Of a stretch of 64,000 nt of DNA, positions 15,935-24,900 are shown in pieces. Within the stretch, counting starts at the first letter, position 1, and each line of letters starts with the position of its first letter. Location: the IMG/VR virus record IMGVR_UViG_3300017971_000185, positions 62,001 through 126,000 of that record, one strand, 5' to 3'. A program made the translations under genes and the position numbers. The notes beneath the pieces were generated by a model. That model saw nothing but the letters and a program-made list of their open reading frames with translations, ran no database searches and had not been told where the DNA came from.

Positions 15935-17089
15935 GTGTTGTCTCCGCCCGCACCAACGCTTGAACAACGCAGTCCCATGTATGCGGACGTGCGTCATCTA
16001 CTGACGCCTGGTTTTTTGACAGAGACGGTTCGTATCAACGAGACAGCGTTGGTATTGCGGACGTTCAACCGGGGAGACTATTTCATGCTCCTCAATCGAG
16101 GAGTCGAGTCCGAGAATCCGGCCTTTCTCGACTGGATCATAGCTGCCGCTGTGTGGGTGGTTGATGGGCAGCCGGTTCTAGAAGATCCGTCTGCTACCTA
16201 CCACATTCGGGAGATGTGCGCGGGGTTTCCGAGAGTCATCAAGCACGATCTCATGGCGGTGGTTGGTCATCTTCGCGAACGAGTCGAGACAGCATTGAAC
16301 CGGGTGGAGGCTTTCTTTTACGAGGATGAGTCTCGCTTTATCTGGCGTGCTCATGGGCCACGCATTACGGGAGCAACCGGCGTTCCTGGCAGTGAGCGAT
16401 TGGGTGTGAATGCGTTGCAGGAGTTGTGGATCGCTTACAACGAAGTTGAGGATCACCGGGAGTCCTTCGTCGCACAATGGACGCAGACGAAGTTGATCGC
16501 CCAAACCATGGCTCCGAAGGGGATCAAGAAACTCAACAAGTCGGATGAGATGGCTCAGCGTCGGTTGGACCAGGAGCGCGAGGCTGTACGAACGAAGGCG
16601 TACTATCAATTCATTGGGCGCGAGGAGCTAGCGGCCAAGAGGGTGCCGGAGCAGAGCAACAGTCCCTATGTAGAGCGGTATGTTGTTCGTTCCGTCGAGG
16701 ATATGCAGGAGGAGTATCGGAAGTGGCGTCAGGGCATCAAGGATGAGCACGATCTGATCGTGGACGCCTACAAAGCGAAGATTCGCGAGAAGATGGAACG
16801 CGAGCGACATGAGCGGGAGGAACGGATTGTAGAGGTCGATCGGGCAATGGAGACTGAGGGGGTCTCTGAGCCGCCTCTTCGAAACGTGTTGGGGCGCATT
16901 GAATCAATGGAGCCAGGATGGGCGAAGGGCAAGCGGATCTACTCAGGAGGAAAATCAGAGCGTCTTTACGAGCGCTATCTCAAGAATGACGTTGTGCCGG
17001 GTGCCATTCGCATGAAGGACGGCCAAGCAATCTCTGTTCCCGACACGTTACAAGAACGTGTGGAAGCCAGGAAGCCTGGAGGAAAATAG
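15935..17089 (+). CDS. Probable second tail assembly chaperone
   Basis: Synteny; LVLRTFNRGD start; charged helical C-terminus. Confidence 0.55.
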   Translation: MLSPPAPTLEQRSPMYADVRHLLTPGFLTETVRINETALVLRTFNRGDYFMLLNRGVESENPAFLDWIIAAAVWVVDGQPVLEDPSATYHIREMCAGFPRVIKHDLMAVVGHLRERVETALNRVEAFFYEDESRFIWRAHGPRITGATGVPGSERLGVNALQELWIAYNEVEDHRESFVAQWTQTKLIAQTMAPKGIKKLNKSDEMAQRRLDQEREAVRTKAYYQFIGREELAAKRVPEQSNSPYVERYVVRSVEDMQEEYRKWRQGIKDEHDLIVDAYKAKIREKMERERHEREERIVEVDRAMETEGVSEPPLRNVLGRIESMEPGWAKGKRIYSGGKSERLYERYLKNDVVPGAIRMKDGQAISVPDTLQERVEARKPGGK

Positions 17090-17092
17090 CCG

Positions 17093-19981
17093 ATGCCTGC
17101 TCCAGATAGCATCATCGAGATGGCTGCACGCCTCCAGGTGGACGCCGCCAGCCTTCACCATGCGGCCAGAGCAGTCCACAAGTCGATGGGAGATGCCATC
17201 ACGGGCAGCGTGGACCAGGGCATGAAGGCGAGTTACCGGCTGATCAAACGCGGACTTGAACGCGCTGCGTCGGCATCAGACTTCGCCAAGAAGATGCTGG
17301 ATGCTCGCAAGACGCGGAAAGAGCTTGTGGACTTTGCTGGGAAGGTGGGCGACTGGTTTGGGAAGGGGTACACGAAAGCACAAAAAGTGTTTTTCGATGA
17401 GGTTGACAAGTATCGGAAACGCAGCAGACGGAAGGAGCAAGAACACGAAGATCTGATGCACGATCGGCGCAGGCAAGCTGCGCAAGAGATCGAGAGCTTT
17501 CGTAAGAAGGAATTGGAAGAGCAGATCGAGACTTACGGCAGGGGAATGACCGGAGTGCTCGAAACCCTGAAGAGCGGGGAGCTAGCAGGGTTAGCGGGAA
17601 TCGTCGGGGCCGCTGGACGAGCGGGAGTGACTAGGGGACGCGCGTGGCAGGCTGCGGGCGAAGCAGGGGACGCAGGCAAACTACAGAAGGCCATGGCGAA
17701 GTTGGGGAAAGGCATGGTAGCGGTGGGGAAAACACTTGCGGTAGTAGGCGCGACGGCTGGGGTCTTAGCTATAATCGTGAAGCTCTTGGTGGAAATTGCA
17801 GATGGGGCTTCTATAGTCAAAAAGTCGTTTTTGGAGATGGGTGGCGCAGTCGCCATGGGACGGACTTCGGTGGCGGCTTTGGATAGACAGATGGAGGCTT
17901 TCTACAAAACTGTGTACGAAGGCGACTTCAAGACACACTGGAGTCTCGTCAAGGATGAGATGATCGGTGTCACAAAGGCCATGGCGGATGCCGGGATGCA
18001 CATGGCACGGCTGAGGGCGCAAACGAAGGCGGGCGCCAGTGTCATGGGAACCCTCAAGGACAACATCGGGTTCGCAGTGACCTACGCCACCATGTTTGGC
18101 AAGCAGATCGATGAGGTTGGGCGTGACATGGCGACGCTCTCCTTTGAGACCGGCCTTTCTATGGAAACGATCGCGCACGGGATGGCGGAGATCTCAGAGA
18201 TCACGAGAGTTGCGGGATTCGACGCCAAGCGGTTCTACGGGACCGTTCTGGAAGTCACCAGTGGCATGGGCATCTACAGCCGGCGTGTGGAAGAAGCCGC
18301 GGGGATGTTGAAAACGCTCAGCCATATTCTGGGAGAAACGGTGGGTGCGGATTTCCTCAAAGGAATCGAGCGCAGCTTCAAGGACATGCCTATCACGCAG
18401 CGGATCCAGTTTGTTGCGATGGCGGGCACCGAGAACGTTATGCGGCTCATGAAGGACGCCGCGGAAAGGCAAGGACGGGCTGTAGAGGAAACCTTGGCTG
18501 ACATGGTCGGACAAGAGGACAAACGAGCATTGGCAATCGTGAAGGCATTTGGCGGAAGCGCGGACAAGGTGGCGGAAGCAATTGAAGGCATGACGAAAGA
18601 AGAGTACCGAGCGGCTGAGGCAAAGGCGCTTCGCGTCGGGGGTCCTGGCACGGCAGAGCTTCTCAAAGAGCTGACTCGTCTCCGCAGGTTGCAAGAAGGC
18701 GCTGTGGATGAGCGCAAGACTACTTTGGCACTGCAAGACTGGCCAGCCACGCACAAATTGTTGGGGCAACTGTTTGCGGCCATGCGGCCATTGGGGGGCA
18801 TCGAAAAGAACATCGATAGGCTGAATGACATAGAGGCCCTAGCCTCGGAGGCTGGCTGGAGCATGTCGGTCGAACAGTTGCATACACTGCAAGATTTGGT
18901 GGGCCGGTCGCAAGCAGGCTGGAAAGACTTGGAGAACGCGACGGGAAAGGTCAGAAAACAACTGGCAGAGCAGTATGGGTTGACCGTGAAAGATGGGAAG
19001 TTGCAGGAGAAGGGCTCAGGCAAACTTGTGGAGTCGTTTACGGATTTTTTGATTGCGACTGCGACTCTTGAGAAGGATACGAAGAAGCAGACAGATCTTC
19101 TCACCGACCAGGCCAACCTTGCTAAGGGAATACGCGACAAAACCGAGGGGATGTCAAAAGATATTGAGAATCTCAAGGACGAACTCATCGAGAAGATCCA
19201 GATTGACCTGCACGATCTGGTTACGACGATACCCGGTAAAATTGAGGATCTGATAGATGCCATAGATAGCATTACAGGAAAGAAAGGAACGGCTAAGGGG
19301 GATACAGGTGAAGAGTATCAAACGGCATCTACTGTCGGGGCGGCTCTTAAAAAGGGGACGGAAGGGACGTGGGTGCAGCCTGTAATTGAGGCCCTTGGCA
19401 CGGGAGAGTTTGCTGTTGGTCAGACGACCGAACAGGCGGTTCAGGCGGGGTTGCGTTCTGCCTTCGAGGCATGGGCGTTGAGGCCAACACGAGGGACTGA
19501 GGAAGAAAAGAGACAAAAAAGAGTCGAGTGGATCACAGGGGAGACAATCTCGGAGGACCCCGCATATTTGCGGATGTTGGAGAAATTGAGGGGAGCTGGG
19601 ATGTCTGAGGAAATGATTAAGCAACGAAGTGCCGTGGCCATTGACTTGGCTGATTTAGCTAAGGAACAATTGTTGGCAGAACATCCTGGCGCAGGGCCCT
19701 TTGTCGTAGGCGGCACCATGGCAGGCGCAATGGCTCCGGTACTGTTATATGGGCGCGAGGCTGGCTTTACTGGTCCTGAGCAGCCGGCGGGGGATTTTGT
19801 TGTTACCGATCGAGGTGATGTCATCAAGGCAGACCCGAGAGACACCATCGTGGGGTTCCGCGGTAGAGCAGGCGGTCCGGGCGCTGGGGCCGTGTACGTC
19901 AACATCTATGGAGGCGATCGGCGTGAGGTTTACGAGACCGTGCGCCAGGCTCTCCGTGTCGCGAGGGTGGCTACTGCGTAA
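17093..19981 (+). CDS. Tape measure protein
   Basis: 962 aa A/G/K/E-rich helical, hydrophobic segment VAVGKTLAVVGATAGVLAIIVKLLV, C-terminal VYVNIYGG. Confidence 0.75.
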   Translation: MPAPDSIIEMAARLQVDAASLHHAARAVHKSMGDAITGSVDQGMKASYRLIKRGLERAASASDFAKKMLDARKTRKELVDFAGKVGDWFGKGYTKAQKVFFDEVDKYRKRSRRKEQEHEDLMHDRRRQAAQEIESFRKKELEEQIETYGRGMTGVLETLKSGELAGLAGIVGAAGRAGVTRGRAWQAAGEAGDAGKLQKAMAKLGKGMVAVGKTLAVVGATAGVLAIIVKLLVEIADGASIVKKSFLEMGGAVAMGRTSVAALDRQMEAFYKTVYEGDFKTHWSLVKDEMIGVTKAMADAGMHMARLRAQTKAGASVMGTLKDNIGFAVTYATMFGKQIDEVGRDMATLSFETGLSMETIAHGMAEISEITRVAGFDAKRFYGTVLEVTSGMGIYSRRVEEAAGMLKTLSHILGETVGADFLKGIERSFKDMPITQRIQFVAMAGTENVMRLMKDAAERQGRAVEETLADMVGQEDKRALAIVKAFGGSADKVAEAIEGMTKEEYRAAEAKALRVGGPGTAELLKELTRLRRLQEGAVDERKTTLALQDWPATHKLLGQLFAAMRPLGGIEKNIDRLNDIEALASEAGWSMSVEQLHTLQDLVGRSQAGWKDLENATGKVRKQLAEQYGLTVKDGKLQEKGSGKLVESFTDFLIATATLEKDTKKQTDLLTDQANLAKGIRDKTEGMSKDIENLKDELIEKIQIDLHDLVTTIPGKIEDLIDAIDSITGKKGTAKGDTGEEYQTASTVGAALKKGTEGTWVQPVIEALGTGEFAVGQTTEQAVQAGLRSAFEAWALRPTRGTEEEKRQKRVEWITGETISEDPAYLRMLEKLRGAGMSEEMIKQRSAVAIDLADLAKEQLLAEHPGAGPFVVGGTMAGAMAPVLLYGREAGFTGPEQPAGDFVVTDRGDVIKADPRDTIVGFRGRAGGPGAGAVYVNIYGGDRREVYETVRQALRVARVATA

Positions 19982-20730
19982 TGCCTGGCCCGATTCCCAT
20001 CGTCCCCTCTGCGTTTGAGACTCATCGAGATGGTGAGCTTGGCCTCGGTAAGCGGCCTGTGGTGTTTGACATCCTCGCGTCCGATCGCGAAACGAGTCTG
20101 TTGCCCGATGACATCAAACTCGTGCTGCATGTGAATCCGCGCACGATGCGGTTGAATTACCAGAAGTTGATCACTCGCCAGCAGACGCTTGGAGGGTTTG
20201 TCGAATTCCATTGGGGCGATGCGCTGGAGGACATCAATTTCGAGATGGCTACTGGTGCGTTCGTTCGCCTCTACAGCGGCCTATCGAACATAACGAGCAG
20301 CCCAGGAGGACCGGGTCGGAGAGAGTCGATTGCGTATGACCGCTTCCTCGACATCCTGGCTCTCTTCCATTCGAATGGAGCCGTCTACGACATCAACGGG
20401 AACATTGCCCTTCAGGGTTACCTCCAGGTGACGTTCGATGGGGGCATTTACATCGGTTGGTTTGACACGGATTTCACGCTCACTGAGAGCGCTGATTCTC
20501 CGTACCAATTCACGCTCACTTCGCGCTTCATCATCGACCGGGAGGAGCTACAGCTTCGTTCCACCATCCTCAACCCTGTTACGGACACCATCATTGCTGC
20601 GACGGGCGCTTCTCAAGCAAACCAGCCTATTGGTGGTCTGGATGCCAACCAAGTTTTTGGTGAGGTTGGTGCTGACCCAAATACCGGCGAAGTGGGAATC
20701 CGGCGTCGCTCCGGGTTCACGTCGTTCTAG
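19981..20730 (+). CDS. Tube-fold baseplate/tube initiator-like protein
   Basis: LHVNPRTM..K..TRQQTLGGFVEFHWGD pattern; TAATG coupling after tape measure. Confidence 0.6.
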   Translation: MPGPIPIVPSAFETHRDGELGLGKRPVVFDILASDRETSLLPDDIKLVLHVNPRTMRLNYQKLITRQQTLGGFVEFHWGDALEDINFEMATGAFVRLYSGLSNITSSPGGPGRRESIAYDRFLDILALFHSNGAVYDINGNIALQGYLQVTFDGGIYIGWFDTDFTLTESADSPYQFTLTSRFIIDREELQLRSTILNPVTDTIIAATGASQANQPIGGLDANQVFGEVGADPNTGEVGIRRRSGFTSF

Positions 20731-20732
20731 TC

Positions 20733-21899
20733 ATGGCACGGACACCACCCCCTGCGTTGTTGTACCAACCACTTCCGGCCGGGCCGGGTTGGAAACGCAC
20801 GTATGAGATCCAGGCGAATGTCCCGATCGATGGGTCCAGGGGCATTCTTCGCGATTCATCCGTTGGCTCTCCCTTCACGCTCAGTGTGATTCCTCCGCCT
20901 CTTCTCATGGACGCGATGAACCGCGAGCGGAAGGAGCCCATCGATGTCATCAGTGCCTCGTTGCGGGTCAACGACGACTTCACGGCTTTCCAGGAGAAGA
21001 TCACCGAGTTTCGTAGCAACGGGATTGTCACGAAGTCGAATGTGCAACAGACTCGGCTGGAAACTCTGGTGGGGAACAACGGCATCTTCTTTGATCCGCA
21101 AACTGGCCAGACGAACCAGGCTAACGTGTTGGGGATTGCGGATGTCACCCAAGCTCTGAGTGTCATCTCACAGCTTAACGCATTGCTGGCAACGCCGCCT
21201 CTCACGCTGTTGATCAATCCCATGGCCTTCTCGATTGTGCGGCAGAAGAAGCAGCAGTATTCAGACCGCAATCGGAGTGGGTACATTTTCATGGCTTGGG
21301 GTGAGGAGCAGGTACGTCTCAACGTGTCTGGTCGGATCGGAGCTTACTACGCTGGAACACGGTACTTCGATGGAGACTCTCCCCAGAATTTCCAGGGGCA
21401 TGGTGGCCCGTCGCGGGGGCGGATTTCCACGACCACATCGCCATCGGGAAATCAGTTTGCCACGATGCGCGATTCGGCGTCGTACCAGAACCTCATGAGC
21501 TTGCTGACGCTGTTTCGGAACAACGGTTACATTTACGATCTCGTTGGCGAGAGTGAGGCGCACTGGTGGATCGGAATGATTGCGATTTCGTATGACCAGT
21601 GGACGTATGCCGGGCACTTCGAAAACTTCAGCTTTACGCACCAAGAGACCACTATGCGGGGAGGAATCGAATTCACGTTTGACTTCGTAGCCTCCTTCGT
21701 ATTCGACAACGCTCAGCGAAACTTCCAGGTGCTTCCGATCCGGGCACCGACGCCGAGCCCGAGCGATCCTTTGTGGTCTGATCCGACTAAAAGACCGCTT
21801 CCTATCGGGACCACACGAGGTCGCTTACAGCCGGCCCCACGGCTCAACCCTCCCCTCTCACCCGTGGCCGATCCGCTTCGCGCACCGCTTCTGAGGTAG
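20733..21899 (+). CDS. Second tube-fold initiator-like protein, paralogous to previous
   Basis: LLINPMAF..KK....RSGYIFMAWGE; SASYQNLMSLLTLFRNNGYIYD aligns with SIAYDRFLDILALFHSNGAVYD. Confidence 0.6.
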   Translation: MARTPPPALLYQPLPAGPGWKRTYEIQANVPIDGSRGILRDSSVGSPFTLSVIPPPLLMDAMNRERKEPIDVISASLRVNDDFTAFQEKITEFRSNGIVTKSNVQQTRLETLVGNNGIFFDPQTGQTNQANVLGIADVTQALSVISQLNALLATPPLTLLINPMAFSIVRQKKQQYSDRNRSGYIFMAWGEEQVRLNVSGRIGAYYAGTRYFDGDSPQNFQGHGGPSRGRISTTTSPSGNQFATMRDSASYQNLMSLLTLFRNNGYIYDLVGESEAHWWIGMIAISYDQWTYAGHFENFSFTHQETTMRGGIEFTFDFVASFVFDNAQRNFQVLPIRAPTPSPSDPLWSDPTKRPLPIGTTRGRLQPAPRLNPPLSPVADPLRAPLLR

Positions 21900-21902
21900 T
21901 GG

Positions 21903-24900
21903 ATGCCTAATCTTCTCGATCGTCCTTATGCAGGCAACTTCCAGCCCAACGCACGTCGGGTTGTGAAGTACACGCCTGATGCGTTGGTCTACGTCAACGG
22001 GGATCTCTCTATCCCAGGTTGTCCCAAGTGCAATGGACGAATCAACATCCAGCGGTTCGTGAAATCGGTTTCGGTCGAGGCCGGGGTGCATGCGGGAGCG
22101 GCCAGCGGCTCGATTCAGCTTGCGGTTCCCGTCATCTGGGGGGACCAGCTATTTCGAGAAGGCCGGATGCTGCTTCAGCCTGGGTTGGAAGTCCATATTT
22201 ACATGCGCGGCTATTTTCCGGTGCAGGGTCAGTTTGCACATCTGGATACGGCAGATGCCGTGGGGCAGACGGGGCTGAATCAGGGAAACTTCGATAATTT
22301 CCCGACCTACCCCTACTACCATGTGTTCCATGGCGTTGTTACGTCGGCGGATTACAGCTACTCGGATGGTTTCTATTCGGCATCACTCCAACTCGCGTCG
22401 ATGTTGCACTTTTGGCAATTCCACAACATTGCCACGAACGCTGCGTTGGTGGCCGTCAAGCCAGATGGTACGAGAGCGCAGCCAAACATCTGGGGGAACA
22501 TTTACACCAACATGCACCCCTATGCGATTATCTACGATCTCTATCGGTCGATAATCGGAGCACCGGGAGGCATCGAGGGGATAGCCCGTCTTGACACATA
22601 CAGGACCAACCTCAACGCAACAATCACGACTAGAGACGGCCAGGATCGCTTGATCTACTCGATGATGCAGTTGTATTGGGAGGAGCGGTTTCGTACGTCG
22701 ATTCAAAGCCTGCGCATGTATGGGGTGAACGGGAAGCTATACAACGCAGTGCAGCAGGCGTACATCGGACGGCGAAACAGCACCAAGCTCAACAAGTTAC
22801 TGCAACACAACCAGCATCTCGATCTCGATGCGCAGTCGAATGCGAAGGATCCCTTCTCTCGGAGCTTCGCAGTCGCCAAGGCTATTGGTCTTGAGGGAGC
22901 GGGTCTGGATGTCACATTTGCCCCGAGCATGGGGACAGAAGGAGCGTCAGACGAGAAGGAACCGCTCGACTTTAACATGACTTCGATCTTTGCGTTCACC
23001 TTATCGCCAGGATCGGCCAATCTCAACGTTTTCAACACGTCGTACATGCCCAAGCTCACCATCGCCCAACAGGTTTGTGAGGCGACGGGTTTCGAGTTTT
23101 ACCAGGACGTGGACGGCGACTTGGTGTTCAAGCCGCCCTTCTACAACCTGGACACGCGATCGAGTCGGGTCTATCGGTTGGAGGACATCGACATCATCAG
23201 CTTCTCTGTTCAGGAGAAGGAACCGCAGGCTACCTACTGCACCGTGAAGTCCGGGTTGATCAACAGCTTGAACACGGGTAGCGATCCGTCTGTTGGAAAC
23301 AGAGGTACGTTTATCGATTGGCGGCTCGTCTGCAAGTACGGATGGCGTCCCGCTGACATGGAGATCACGTATTTCTCTAATCCCAAGTCATTGTTCTTCG
23401 TTGCGCAGCATCGGCTGGATATTCTCAACATCGACATTCACTCAGCGCAAGTGACCATTCCTTTGCGTCCCGAGATGCGGCCGGGGTATCCAGTCTACAT
23501 CCCATCGCTGGATTGCTTCTACTACATCACGGCACTGAGCCACCAGTTTTCGTTCGGCAGCGCGTGCCAAACATCGCTGACGTTGACGGCACGGAGGGCG
23601 AAGGTCTTTGCTCCCGGCCTTCCAGGGCCGCTGCAAGAGGGTGAAAACGCCATCGATCGGATCAAGTTGGATGAGCCGTGGCTGCCCGAGCGTCCTCTGG
23701 AGATCATGGACAATGGCATACCGCGTTGGGCTGGGTTTCCCAATCTGGTCATGGCGCTGGATCCTCTCAAGCTCAACCCCAAGCAGTTTGCGTTGCGGGC
23801 AGGGTTGGAGGATCTGGGGACTGAGATTCTGGGCGAGGGCAAGGTCGAGTTGCTTTTCAACATCATCAATCAGCAAGTCAAGACGACAGGCGAGGGAGCG
23901 GGGGTTTTTGCCTTGGCTGCTCCGCGAGAGGATGATGCTTCATCGCCCACCGAGCACACACGGTATGTGTTGCGTCGTTCCGGCAACCCCGAGGATGACA
24001 TCGAGTTTTCGCTGGCCGAATTGCGTGAGGACTACGCTTCTTTCGACGCTGCTCGGACAGAGATTCAGAAACGACGGGGACAGGTCGCACGTCTGCGGGA
24101 TGACCTGCGCCTGACGGCGAGCGGCGGCGAGCCAGGGCTTGCTCAGGAAGGGACTCTCTCACGAAGAACGGGCGGGGCTGACGCGATAGAAGCCCGGTTG
24201 AACGAAGCGACTGCCTCCCTGCGCCGCGCCACGGAGTTGTTCGCCACGGGCGTGACTGACTTCTCGGCCAATGGCGACAAGACCATCAATTCACTGGTTT
24301 TGATTGTCCAGTCTCTTCAGAACAACGATGTGATACGGCGCTCGTTTGGCGGGATGCCAGACGCGTCAACAACGATGACATGGCTGGACATCATAGCGGA
24401 CACCAAGGCCAACATGAATCCCGGCATGTCGTTGCCTGGCTACTATCGGTTCTACTCTGCTTCTCATCCTAGTCCCGAGATGCAGGGCCAGGCGACCCTG
24501 ACTTTCACGGAAGGGTCAGCAGATGACTTGTTTGTGTATCAGGATGAGACGTTGTCCGAGCCTGCCGAGACTTCGGGCGGAGAGGTAAAAAAACCTGTTG
24601 AGCCCGAGCCCGCGCCTCCCGAGGAAGTCCCTGATGATCTCAAGGTTACGGAGGATGGCCGCGTAAGGCGAAAGCAACCTGGAAGCCATATCGGTTGGTT
24701 TGACGACTACACGAGAGGAAAAGCGGGCAAGCAGGAATTCGAGGATGTGGCACGACGGGCGCAAGCTCTTGGTGTTCCAGAGTCCTACATTCGCTACATG
24801 CGTGTCCAGGTAGCGCGCGAGACAGGCAACACTTGGAACACGGGGGTGGTTGCGCTCAGGTCAGGAGGCACGGCGAGAAGAGACTACAACAAGCGAAAGA

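Noticed and set aside
15900-15937. Lambda G/GT-type programmed -1 frameshift between the two chaperone genes
   Set aside because: The second gene is in the -1 frame, but that frame has TAG at 15920-15922 and no slippery heptamer follows it.
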